Positions 21,802 to 31,032 of a stretch of 64,000 bases of DNA are shown here, one piece after another. Position 1 is the first letter of the stretch. Every line of letters starts with the position of its first letter. The stretch spans positions 64,001 through 128,000 of the forward strand of contig CAVPLT010000006.1 of NCBI GenBank assembly GCA_963706325.1, written 5' to 3'. The notes beneath the pieces were generated by a model. The model was given only the letters and a program-made list of their open reading frames with translations, was not told where the DNA came from and ran no database searches. Position numbers and translations under genes: made by a program. This DNA is from an uncultured Nitrospiraceae bacterium. GTDB lineage: Bacteria; Nitrospirota; Nitrospiria; Nitrospirales; Nitrospiraceae.

Positions 21802-22557
21802 CTAGGGAATACGGCTATCCAAATTCCACGTTTGTCCCGACACGTCGGAGAGTTGTGCGAGCTGGCAGATGGTCATGGCTACCTCATCCAGATTCGACGC
21901 CCGACCCAACATGTGATCGCGAAGCTGCTGCGCCGAAGGAAATACATCGCCGGCCATCTCTGTTTGCTGCCAGCCGGGACAAGCCAGATTCACCCGAATG
22001 TTATGCGGTCCCCATTCTCGGGCGGCTGTCTTCATGAGACCAGTCAGGCCGGCCTTTGAGGCCGCATAGGCGCCTTGCCCACTCCTGCCCTGTAATCCCG
22101 CATAGGAGCCGATCAGCATGATGGACCCGCCCCCATGCGTCACCATCGAACTCCCTGCAGCCTTCAGGCAATGGTAGGCGCCGGTGAGATTCGTGTCGAT
22201 GATCCGCAGCCATTCTTCTTCCTGGCACCTCACAACCAACTGCCCACCGGCAACGCCCGCATTGCAGACCAGGCCATCGAGCCTCCCCCGCCGGCATTCG
22301 ATGGCTTCGACCATGGCTTGCACATCTCGACTCGATCGTATGTCTGCGTGAAAGAGCGCACCCTTTCCACCGGCTTTCGATACCTGCGACAGCGTCAATT
22401 CAGCCTCTGAAACCTGGGTGAAATAGTGCACCCCAACCCACCAGCCGGCGCGGGCAAACGCCAGACAGAGGTGACGCCCGATGCCACCGGAACCGCCGGT
22501 GACCAGTACGGTCCGGCTTGTATGAGAGTCCTGAGTGGATGGAGAGAGACCAGTCAT
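21802..22557 (-). CDS. SDR family oxidoreductase, FabG-like
   Basis: TGGSGGIG, CNAG, YAASK catalytic motif; directly upstream of bioD. Confidence 0.88.
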   Translation of the reverse strand: MTGLSPSTQDSHTSRTVLVTGGSGGIGRHLCLAFARAGWWVGVHYFTQVSEAELTLSQVSKAGGKGALFHADIRSSRDVQAMVEAIECRRGRLDGLVCNAGVAGGQLVVRCQEEEWLRIIDTNLTGAYHCLKAAGSSMVTHGGGSIMLIGSYAGLQGRSGQGAYAASKAGLTGLMKTAAREWGPHNIRVNLACPGWQQTEMAGDVFPSAQQLRDHMLGRASNLDEVAMTICQLAQLSDVSGQTWNLDSRIP

Positions 22558-22664
22558 AAAGGCAAGCGATTATGCGAGGTGACAGGGGAGAAGGCAAGAC
22601 GCCACAGAGCTCTTGATGCGGTTCAGACGGTATGGTACCGTAATTTTTTGACTGGAGGACACCC

Positions 22665-23465
22665 GTGACCGTTCAAAACGTGCTTCGTTCATTGCTGTTG
22701 GGAATAGGAATTGGGGGATGCGCGGGCATCATGCTGACCGATGGTCACGCTCAGGCAGCCGCGCCGGCGGATAACATCCCTCAATCCGTGGACTACTTTC
22801 CTGATACGGTCGGCTCGCGCTGGCAGTACCGCGGACAGATCTCAGAAGGCCCGTTGCAGACCATCGAAAATAAGTATTTCAGCAACATCTCCTCCGTCAC
22901 CGGAACCCGCACGTTAAAGGGCGGACTGATCGTCAATGTCTTTCACGATACTAATCCAGGCAATCATGGTCCCTCCGATAGTTTTTACCGGCGGGATGCA
23001 GCCGGCATCGTCTATTACGGCTCCGAGCCGGGAACTCCCCTCGAGAAGCAGCTTGTACCGTATCAGATCATCCGGTTTCCGATGACCGTGTCGCAGGCAT
23101 TTCAGCAGTTCAGCCGTACAGATATCGATTTCGGAAGCGATATCGACGGGGACGGAACCAACGAACATGTCGATGTCGAAGGGCACTCGACGGTAGTCAG
23201 CCGTGAATCCATCACCGTGCCCGCCGGCACATTTCCCGATGCCATACGAGTAGAAGCACGAATGACGCTTCGCATTCGACTCTCTTCCGTCGATCGGACG
23301 GCAGTCGGCACAGACGTGATGACTGCCTGGTTTGCGAAGGGCGTGGGACTGGTAAAATACGTCGAACGGCAGGAGTTGGCCTCCCTTAAGGATGACCGTG
23401 GCAGCATTACCGACATCACGGAGGAACTTGAAACAGCCGATGTGAAACCCGCACCGGCGCTATAG
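22665..23465 (+). CDS. Exported hypothetical protein, beta-rich
   Basis: Signal peptide ending AQA; DYFP, ITVPAGTF, WFAKGVGLVK pattern; GGAGG SD. Confidence 0.8.
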   Translation: MTVQNVLRSLLLGIGIGGCAGIMLTDGHAQAAAPADNIPQSVDYFPDTVGSRWQYRGQISEGPLQTIENKYFSNISSVTGTRTLKGGLIVNVFHDTNPGNHGPSDSFYRRDAAGIVYYGSEPGTPLEKQLVPYQIIRFPMTVSQAFQQFSRTDIDFGSDIDGDGTNEHVDVEGHSTVVSRESITVPAGTFPDAIRVEARMTLRIRLSSVDRTAVGTDVMTAWFAKGVGLVKYVERQELASLKDDRGSITDITEELETADVKPAPAL

Positions 23466-26438
23466 GGTCGGTGCGAATCCACGCCGCAGAGTTTGTTCGC
23501 TGACGACACGCGAGGTCATGAATTGTCTCAGGTACTCTTCCCCGCCGGCCTTTGCACCCACCCCTGACAACCGGTGCCCGCCGAATGGCTGACGACCGAC
23601 CAATGCCCCGGTGATCGGTCGGTTGATGTATAGATTCCCGACATCGAACGCCCGGCGCGCCAGCTCAATGTGGCGGGGACTCCGTGAGTACAGGCCCCCT
23701 GTCAGCGCATAGTCAGTCCCGTTTGCGAGCTGCAGCGCCTGCTCAAACGATGAGGCCCGCATGACGGCCAGCACCGGGCCGAAAATTTCCTCCTGCGCCA
23801 TCCTGTGCGGAGGCTCGATATCGACAATCACCACCGGGCCGACCGTGTAACCAGGACCTTCCGACGACCGATCGACCAGCACACGTCCTTCACGCCGGCC
23901 GACCTCAAGATATTCGAGAATTCGCTTCTGCGCGCGTGCATCGATCACCGGGCCCACTTGCGTGGCCGGGTCGGTGGCTGGTCCTATGCGCAGACTCGTC
24001 ACTGCATCGGACAGCCGTTGAATGAACATTTCGTGAATCGACGCCAATACGATCACGCGCGAACAGGCGGAACACTTCTGCCCCGCGTACCCCGTGAAAG
24101 ATTGCACAACGCCCGTCACGGCTTCGTCCAGATCAGCAGTATCATCGACGATGATCGCGTTTTTTCCGCCCATTTCGGCAACGACCCGTTTGACGAACCG
24201 CTGACCTGACCGCACAACGGCTGCGGTCTGCATGATCCCCAGGCCCACATCCTTTGATCCGGTAAACGCAATCGTCGCGACAGACGCCTGCGCAACTAAT
24301 TCACGCCCCACATCAGGACCGCCCGGCACATATTGCAGGACGCCCACCGGCACCCCGGCTTGCTTCATGATCTCGGCAAGCCGATATCCCATCACCGATG
24401 CGCGCTCCGAGGGTTTGAACAAGACCGCATTGCCGGTGACCAACGCAGCCGCCACCATGCCGGTGGGAATCGCGAGCGGAAAATTCCACGGTGAGATCAC
24501 CACGGCGATACCGCGCGGACTCCAGAGCAGCTCATTCAATTCTCCGGAATACTGGCCCAGGCGACTGGGAATCGCCAATTGTTCCATGTCTCTCGCGTAG
24601 TACTCCAAGAAATCAACGGCCTCGGCCACATCGCCATCAGCCTCGCGCCAAGGTTTGCCTTCCTCGTACACTTCCCATGCCGCTAACTCCCAACGCTGCG
24701 CTCGCATAAGGGCGGCTGCCTTGCGCATGATGGAGACACGTTCCGCGACTGTGCGGTCTTTCCATTCTGCTGCCTGGGCTTCAGTCGCTGTCATGAGGCC
24801 TGCCACATCGGAAGGCTGGTAACTCTGCGTCACCGCCACGAGTTGATCAGGTTGACTGGGATTGAAGGAAAGCAAGTCGAGGCCTGTCGGAGAATGCGAT
24901 GCCAGCGTCGATGCATCCAGTCGCCGCCCCAACTTTCTGCGCACCTGGTCGAGGCCTTGCTGCATCGCTTCACGGAACTGCGGAAGAGAAAAATCTGCCA
25001 CCGGCTCGTTCACAAACTTCGAGCGCCCGAGGGTGGAAGAAGACTCTGCCTCTGTTTTCACAGGTGAAGTTGGCGCGGAGAAGGCATCCGGCGGAGACAG
25101 CAGAAGAGCCAGCGGCTGCGACTCCACATATTCCTTGCGCAAGAACGATTCATTCGACGTATTTTCGAGCAGACGGCGAACGAGGTAGGCCATCCCCGGA
25201 AGCAGTTCTCCTACCGGCGCATAGAGGCGCAGGCGTCGGCCTCGGTCGGTTACCGCATATTGAAAGGGCTCCGCCATGCCGTAGATCATCTGGTATTCCC
25301 ATGCATCAGACGGCAATTCGAGCGCCTCGGCTACCGCTTCGATGACAGCCAGACTGCGAAGATTGTGCGTGCCGAATGCGGGCCGCACAATATGACTGTG
25401 CTCCAGCAGGAGACGAACGAGAAACTCGTAGTTCACATCGGTGTGCGCTTTCTGTTCGAAGAGCGGTAGCGGCCATCCGCGCTGGCGATACCGAATCGCA
25501 TCCGAATCCCAATAGGCGCCCTTCACCAGCCGGATGGTGATCGGCGCTTGCCGCTCCGTCACCCATGCCAAGAGCCTCCGCACGTCCTCCTGCGTATCGG
25601 TCCGGTAGGCCTGCAACGCAATCCCCGCATGGGGAAAGGTCCGGTAGGGCTCCTCGGAAAATAATCGCATAAAAGTGGTGAGAATCAGGTCTTTCGTATC
25701 CGCTTGCTCCATATCGAACACGATCGAAGCAGGAGGAGTGCCGGCCAGATCCAAAAGCGGTCGCAAGCGTAGCGCAAGCGCGCGATAGCTGCCTTCCGGA
25801 TCGATCGAATCAAGTTGCGAATAGAGCGCCGACATCTTGATGGACAATTGCACTCGAGGGAACAGCCCCAGATGATCCCGTTCAAGCAGAGGTGAGGAGG
25901 GCCAGGTCGGACAGACGTCTCCCAGCCTGTGCAAGGCCGCCAGGCATCGATCACGATAGGCATCTGCTTCCCGCTCACTCACACTGGCTTCGCCCAGCAG
26001 GTCCACCGAAAATGCCCGGCCGTCATCCCATAACTTACGAAGGGTCGGCACAGCCTGCTCAATTGACGCGCCGGCGATAAAGCTGGCCGCCATTTGTTCC
26101 ACCTGATGCCGGATGGCCTTTCCACTGAGCGCCGCGACGAGCTTGGTGGAGGCGAGGGCTTTGAGTCCCCACTGCGCGCCGAATATGTTGGCGCTCATGT
26201 CGCCAAAGTATTCCCCGGCGAGGCGTACGACCTGCGCATCATCCTGCAACGATGGCAAGACATCGATAAAACGAAAAAGCTGCGCCTTGAATGCAGGATC
26301 TTTCATCGCCAAGTTGATGGCCGCCTGCGACCACCAACGGGAATCAAACAGACCAGGCGCCCGGCCGCCGGAACGACGCGCCAAATCTTCTCCAATTGCA
26401 CGGATACGAGGTTCGAGCAGGGCGGTATCGAGAGTCAT
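23460..26438 (-). CDS. putA: Bifunctional proline dehydrogenase/P5C dehydrogenase
   Basis: LFRFIDVLP, DLLGE, RLVKGAYWD, AYLVRRLLEN, ISPWNFP, FTGS, EMGGKN, GQKCSA, EEIFGP; ATG 26438 after GGGGGA. Confidence 0.96.
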   Translation of the reverse strand: MTLDTALLEPRIRAIGEDLARRSGGRAPGLFDSRWWSQAAINLAMKDPAFKAQLFRFIDVLPSLQDDAQVVRLAGEYFGDMSANIFGAQWGLKALASTKLVAALSGKAIRHQVEQMAASFIAGASIEQAVPTLRKLWDDGRAFSVDLLGEASVSEREADAYRDRCLAALHRLGDVCPTWPSSPLLERDHLGLFPRVQLSIKMSALYSQLDSIDPEGSYRALALRLRPLLDLAGTPPASIVFDMEQADTKDLILTTFMRLFSEEPYRTFPHAGIALQAYRTDTQEDVRRLLAWVTERQAPITIRLVKGAYWDSDAIRYRQRGWPLPLFEQKAHTDVNYEFLVRLLLEHSHIVRPAFGTHNLRSLAVIEAVAEALELPSDAWEYQMIYGMAEPFQYAVTDRGRRLRLYAPVGELLPGMAYLVRRLLENTSNESFLRKEYVESQPLALLLSPPDAFSAPTSPVKTEAESSSTLGRSKFVNEPVADFSLPQFREAMQQGLDQVRRKLGRRLDASTLASHSPTGLDLLSFNPSQPDQLVAVTQSYQPSDVAGLMTATEAQAAEWKDRTVAERVSIMRKAAALMRAQRWELAAWEVYEEGKPWREADGDVAEAVDFLEYYARDMEQLAIPSRLGQYSGELNELLWSPRGIAVVISPWNFPLAIPTGMVAAALVTGNAVLFKPSERASVMGYRLAEIMKQAGVPVGVLQYVPGGPDVGRELVAQASVATIAFTGSKDVGLGIMQTAAVVRSGQRFVKRVVAEMGGKNAIIVDDTADLDEAVTGVVQSFTGYAGQKCSACSRVIVLASIHEMFIQRLSDAVTSLRIGPATDPATQVGPVIDARAQKRILEYLEVGRREGRVLVDRSSEGPGYTVGPVVIVDIEPPHRMAQEEIFGPVLAVMRASSFEQALQLANGTDYALTGGLYSRSPRHIELARRAFDVGNLYINRPITGALVGRQPFGGHRLSGVGAKAGGEEYLRQFMTSRVVSEQTLRRGFAPTL

Positions 26439-26820
26439 CGTGTCCCCCGCAGGCGTCAGCCAAGAGCTCTTTTCTGCAGTATACACCGCCCCGCAGAACT
26501 TGAATATTTGAGGACGATTGCCTGCGGAAGTAAAGCGTGCGGGCGAGTAGCCTAACCAGCCGTCGTCGTGAACGTCTCGCGACGGCATCCATGAATTGTC
26601 CGGGCCCAATCCTCGCGAGTAGTGGGAACGATGTGACCTCCTCCCGGCGAGTGATCTCTTTATGACGCCCGACTCATCGGCCGTTGTGTCATCTCACGAC
26701 ACTTCTGCGCTTGAAAATCCGCCTGCCGCTCGGGTAGCATGCGCCGTTTGCCTTGACCTACAACATTTGCATGGCGGCGCGCGGTGACCATGAGTTGCGC
26801 ACACAATTCGAAGGAGCTCG

Positions 26821-27654
26821 ATGGCCGACTCGTCTGCGCAACCCGTCTGTTGGGGCACCGTCGCCCTCTTCTCCTTGCTGACCTTATTAACCTTCATCGG
26901 CGTGCCGCTGTTCGCTTACTTGTATGACTATACCCGCCTGGATTGGATCCTCCTCGGCGTCCTGTATGTCGTGACGGGGATGGGGATCACGGTGGGCTAC
27001 CATCGCATGATGACCCACCGCAGCTTCGAAAGCCGTCCGTGGGTCAAGATCTGTCTCTTGATCATGGGCGGGTGGGCCATACAAAATTCCGCCTTGATCT
27101 GGTGCGCCGACCATATCCGTCATCATGCGCATACCGATGAAGACGCCGATCCGTACAATGCGACGAAGGGATTTTGGCACAGCCATGTCGGGTGGTTGTT
27201 CCTCAAGACGCCCTATCGTGATGATCGGTTTGCGGCAAAATTGCGCGCCGATCCTGTGGTCGGGTGGCAACATCGGTATTATTGGGTGATCGTGGCCTCA
27301 GGCCTGTTGCTGCCGTTTGCGGTCGGATATCTGAACAGTGGCTTCACCGGCGGAGTGGGTTGTTTCCTGCTGGCCGGAGTGCTTCGCACCGTGCTGGTAT
27401 TGAACTCCACGTTTACGATCAATTCACTCTGCCACATCTTCGGCAGTCAGCCGCACGGCCGTCAGGACAGCAGCCGAGACAGCTGGTGGATCTCGTTCTT
27501 CAGTTTTGGAGAGGGGTATCACAACTATCACCATACCTATTCGCGCGACTATCGCAATGGTTCGAAGTGGTATAACTTTGACCCGTCCAAATGGTTGATC
27601 TATATGCTCTCGCTTTGGGGGTGGACCTATAACCTCCATCGGGAACGCACGTAA
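26821..27654 (+). CDS. Delta-9 type fatty acid desaturase
   Basis: His boxes GYHRMMTH, HIRHH, GEGYHNYHH; WYNFDPSKW. Confidence 0.93.
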   Translation: MADSSAQPVCWGTVALFSLLTLLTFIGVPLFAYLYDYTRLDWILLGVLYVVTGMGITVGYHRMMTHRSFESRPWVKICLLIMGGWAIQNSALIWCADHIRHHAHTDEDADPYNATKGFWHSHVGWLFLKTPYRDDRFAAKLRADPVVGWQHRYYWVIVASGLLLPFAVGYLNSGFTGGVGCFLLAGVLRTVLVLNSTFTINSLCHIFGSQPHGRQDSSRDSWWISFFSFGEGYHNYHHTYSRDYRNGSKWYNFDPSKWLIYMLSLWGWTYNLHRERT

Positions 27655-27924
27655 CAGGATGTTTGGAACCCGCCGCGTTGTTCTCATGTCGCTCCGCCCA
27701 CCCCGGCACAGGTCTGGCGGGTCTCATGTTGTTAGGAGACGATCAGTTCTCAAAGATCAATCAATCATTCCTCAAGCCTGCGAATTCTGCGGCAGCGATC
27801 TGACGTTCTCTGTCTAATCGCAGACTGCGTCTACAGGCCCATTTCTTTTCGGCGACTCGATAGCTTAAGATGGCCGTGAGCCCGCGAATTCCATCCGGAA
27901 CCGTGAGGTGGAGGAGGCACGACT

Positions 27925-28812
27925 ATGGCAGATGAACAAGGCGGCGCACCGCAGCCGGAAGACGCAGCCGCCAAACCCAATATCATTCCCGGCGTCAAAT
28001 ACGTGATTGCAATCAGCAGCGGCAAGGGCGGAGTGGGCAAATCCACAGTGGCCGTCAACTTGGCCGTCGCCTTGAGTCTGAACGGCGCCAAGGTCGGATT
28101 GCTCGATGCTGACATCTATGGCCCCAACATACCCATGATGATGGGTGTCGAGAAAGCGCCCGAACAACAAGAGGGCAAAATTACCCCGGCCGAAAGTCAT
28201 GGAGTCAAACTCATCTCCATGGGATTTTTTGTTCCGGAAGATACGGCGGTGGTGTGGCGCGGTCCGATGGTCCACACGGCGATTCAACAACTGTTTCGAG
28301 ACGTTCTATGGGGGGAATTGGATTACCTCCTGATCGACCTTCCTCCTGGAACCGGCGACGCGCAATTGACCCTGACTCAGTTGGTGTCCTTGGCGGGCGC
28401 TGTGACTGTCACCACCCCACAGGAAGTGGCGCTCCACGACGTGCGCAAAGGCATGATGATGTTCCAGAAGGTCAATGTGCCATTGCTTGGCATCATTGAA
28501 AACATGAGCTTTTACGTGTGTGGCCACTGCGGGGAACGCACTGAGATTTTCTCCCATGGCGGTGGGGAACGGGCCGCGGAAAAACTCGGCATTCCCTTCC
28601 TCGGACGGATTCCCATCGATCCAGCCATTCGCGTCGGCGGGGATACGGGTAACCCGATCGTGATCACCACACCGGATTCCCCGCAAGCCAAGGCATTTCG
28701 CGAGATTGCCGCGAAACTCGCCGCCGCGCTTCAAACGGGCGAGGCAGGGGCGGCAAAGAGTCGCATTGAAAGTCTCTTGCAAAAGATAAAGCGGCCCGCA
28801 CCCGGCAATTGA
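27925..28812 (+). CDS. mrp: Mrp/NBP35 (ApbC) Fe-S cluster carrier ATPase
   Basis: [38 protein letters not shown]. Confidence 0.95.
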   Translation: MADEQGGAPQPEDAAAKPNIIPGVKYVIAISSGKGGVGKSTVAVNLAVALSLNGAKVGLLDADIYGPNIPMMMGVEKAPEQQEGKITPAESHGVKLISMGFFVPEDTAVVWRGPMVHTAIQQLFRDVLWGELDYLLIDLPPGTGDAQLTLTQLVSLAGAVTVTTPQEVALHDVRKGMMMFQKVNVPLLGIIENMSFYVCGHCGERTEIFSHGGGERAAEKLGIPFLGRIPIDPAIRVGGDTGNPIVITTPDSPQAKAFREIAAKLAAALQTGEAGAAKSRIESLLQKIKRPAPGN

Positions 28813-28856
28813 CTAGAAACCGGACAGAGCCCGCATCGCGCAGTCAGGGAGGACGT

Positions 28857-29162
28857 ATGGGCGAGTTGATCAGAATCGCAGGAACGACGGACATAAAACC
28901 CGGCAGCGGCATGGTGGCGGAAGTCAACGACAAGACCATCGCGGTCTTCAATGTTGACGGCGCATTTTTCGCCATCGATAACACCTGTGTTCATCGCGGC
29001 GGTCCGCTGGGTGAAGGTGAGGTCGAGGGCGATATCGTGACCTGCCCCTGGCATAACTGGCAGTTCAGCGTGAAAACCGGCGGCTGCGTGAATAATCCCT
29101 CGGCGAAGGTGACCTCGTACGAAGTGACCGTCGAGGGTACCGATATTAAAGTCCGGCTGTAA
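28857..29162 (+). CDS. Rieske-type ferredoxin
   Basis: CVHRGG and CPWH Rieske motifs; GGAGG SD. Confidence 0.93.
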   Translation: MGELIRIAGTTDIKPGSGMVAEVNDKTIAVFNVDGAFFAIDNTCVHRGGPLGEGEVEGDIVTCPWHNWQFSVKTGGCVNNPSAKVTSYEVTVEGTDIKVRL

Positions 29163-29241
29163 TCCTAAATCCAGTTCGTACCCTGTCGCTCGTCCCGGAA
29201 TCGAACGAAGGGTTTCGACGCAGCAGTGAATGGAGGCACCT

Positions 29242-29610
29242 ATGGTTGAGAACACACTAACGCCAAAGCACATCGAAATCGCCGAAACGTTCGTACGCCT
29301 TTATGTCTTTTTGACGCAATACATCGACCGCTGTGAAGATGAAGCCGCGCGTAAAGACTATCCCGAAGCCGAGCTTCAGAAACACCTCACGACCACCCGT
29401 GCCAAGATGATGGATATCCTCAAGGTGAATCCCGTCGTCCAGGGTAAGGTGGAAAAGGAATGCGAGAGGATCCTGACCCTTGGTGCAAAGTGCCTGATGG
29501 GAGGAACCGAGAAAGTCGCCGCACTCGACGTGTTGGGGGCGGAGCGGGTCATCCTCAAGAATAAGACTATCGCATTGAGTGATCTCTTGGCCATCTATCG
29601 CGCGTTGTAG
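29242..29610 (+). CDS. Hypothetical helical protein
   Basis: GGAGG SD, co-oriented, plausible amphipathic helices. Confidence 0.75.
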   Translation: MVENTLTPKHIEIAETFVRLYVFLTQYIDRCEDEAARKDYPEAELQKHLTTTRAKMMDILKVNPVVQGKVEKECERILTLGAKCLMGGTEKVAALDVLGAERVILKNKTIALSDLLAIYRAL

Positions 29611-29615
29611 AGCTC

Positions 29616-29969
29616 ATGCCAGATCCGGCTGGAGAGAAACATCAACTCGCCGGCTTCGATGCTCAGGAACGAGGCTTCAACCGTCCTGTCGAATTCATCC
29701 GGACCGCCGCCGGCTATCATGCCACGTTACGTTATGAAGCGACGCGCATCGTTACTCCGGATGCCGGCACGCCTGCAGAGGCCCTGAAGCAGTTGATCCT
29801 GATCTTGCAGGAAGCGGGCTATACCCAGCTGCGTAGCCAACAAAGTTACCGAGACGGCGTTTACTTAGGTTCTCAGGAACTCTGGGTGGAATATCCGGAC
29901 CGTTCCGCCGCACCGGAGGTTGGAATCTTTGGGCTGCTGAAGAAATGGTTCGGACGCGCGCATGCCTGA
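29616..29969 (+). CDS. Hypothetical protein
   Basis: Starts 5 nt after the previous stop; globular composition. Confidence 0.7.
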   Translation: MPDPAGEKHQLAGFDAQERGFNRPVEFIRTAAGYHATLRYEATRIVTPDAGTPAEALKQLILILQEAGYTQLRSQQSYRDGVYLGSQELWVEYPDRSAAPEVGIFGLLKKWFGRAHA

Positions 29970-30013
29970 GGAAGCCGCAACATAGAGTCTCGGACCAGGG
30001 CGTCTCCATCGCA

Positions 30014-30042
30014 TTGACTCTCCTTTCCCCTACGCCTATAGT
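30014..30042 (+). promoter_or_regulatory. Sigma70-type promoter candidate
   Basis: TTGACT, 17 nt, TATAGT. Confidence 0.5.
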
Positions 30043-30099
30043 CTCGGAGGAACTGCAGCATCACGCGATCACATCGCGATTTCCCGGGAACCGACCATC

Positions 30100-30558
30100 A
30101 TGTGGGCTCTCATTCTGCCTCTTAGCTTCGTCGCGCTGCTCTTGCCGGCGTCGACAGAAGCGAAGGTCTATCGGTGCGAAGGAGCCGGCGGAACCACTAT
30201 TCTGACGGACCAGCCAAAAGGAAAACGCGGTTGCGTGGTGATGAACACGACCTCGCCGTCGCCGCCCGGCGGCTACACCCCACCAGAGGATCCCATACAG
30301 CCGGTTCAAACTGACCTACCGGCTGCCGCCATGCCTCCATCCACATCACTGATGCAGCCGCGTCAACCCATTCCAAGCGATCAGTCCATTTCGGGCGATC
30401 AGCCCATTTCGCCACCTCAGGCATCAGCGGACCCCCAGGCTCCGGCAGCCCCCGAAGCGCAACATTGCTCGCCGCGAGTAAACCCGCTCAATCCATTTGC
30501 AGGACTCAATTGCTCGCCGGCCCCAGCCAACGATACAGGCGAGAGCAAAAACCCTTAG
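30100..30558 (+). CDS. Exported DUF4124-like protein with Pro-rich tail
   Basis: Signal peptide, A-KVYRC..G....TDQP pattern. Confidence 0.7.
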   Translation: MWALILPLSFVALLLPASTEAKVYRCEGAGGTTILTDQPKGKRGCVVMNTTSPSPPGGYTPPEDPIQPVQTDLPAAAMPPSTSLMQPRQPIPSDQSISGDQPISPPQASADPQAPAAPEAQHCSPRVNPLNPFAGLNCSPAPANDTGESKNP

Positions 30559-30590
30559 TCCTCACTAGGCATGACAGCTCTCGCGCTTGA

Positions 30591-30619
30591 TTGACTCTCC
30601 TGCGGTCCCTTCATATAAT
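30591..30619 (+). promoter_or_regulatory. Sigma70-type promoter for the GlmL-like operon
   Basis: TTGACT, 17 nt, TATAAT; 38 nt upstream of ATG 30658. Confidence 0.7.
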
Positions 30620-30657
30620 GCAAAATCTAACCGTTTAAGCTGATTCGACAAGCACTT

Positions 30658-31032
30658 ATGCATTTTCTCTCCGCTTCATTTTTATCCTGGCGCGCACAGG
30701 ATCTTCGAGCTGGATTCAAGCACGCCTTCGCCGTTCGCCCGGAACAACAGGACTTCACGACGGCGGACCTCGCCTTGCTCGATCGCGTCGCCCGGGCCAT
30801 TGTCACGCGTGGCATGGCGACGCCGGCCACGCTGTTTCTTGACTCCATGGGTCCGATGAATTTTCTCGGCAGCCAAGCGCTGCATTTTCTCACGCCTATC
30901 ATTGAGTGCGCCCTCAGCGGAACCGAGCTCGCGCAGATTGCCCTTTTACTGGAGCGGCGCGATTCTATTGCCCGTCTTGTCGCCCTCATCGACGCACAAT
31001 CGGCTCCTCCACCTGGAGCCTCGGCTCGATGA
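30658..31032 (+). CDS. Hypothetical protein, first gene of the GlmL-like operon
   Basis: Follows the promoter; its stop overlaps the next ATG (ATGA 31029-31032). Confidence 0.75.
   Translation: MHFLSASFLSWRAQDLRAGFKHAFAVRPEQQDFTTADLALLDRVARAIVTRGMATPATLFLDSMGPMNFLGSQALHFLTPIIECALSGTELAQIALLLERRDSIARLVALIDAQSAPPPGASAR

Noticed and set aside
26439..26609. 57 aa N-terminal extension of PutA
   Set aside because: TTG start without SD; ATG 26438 has a purine-rich SD and begins the homologous region.
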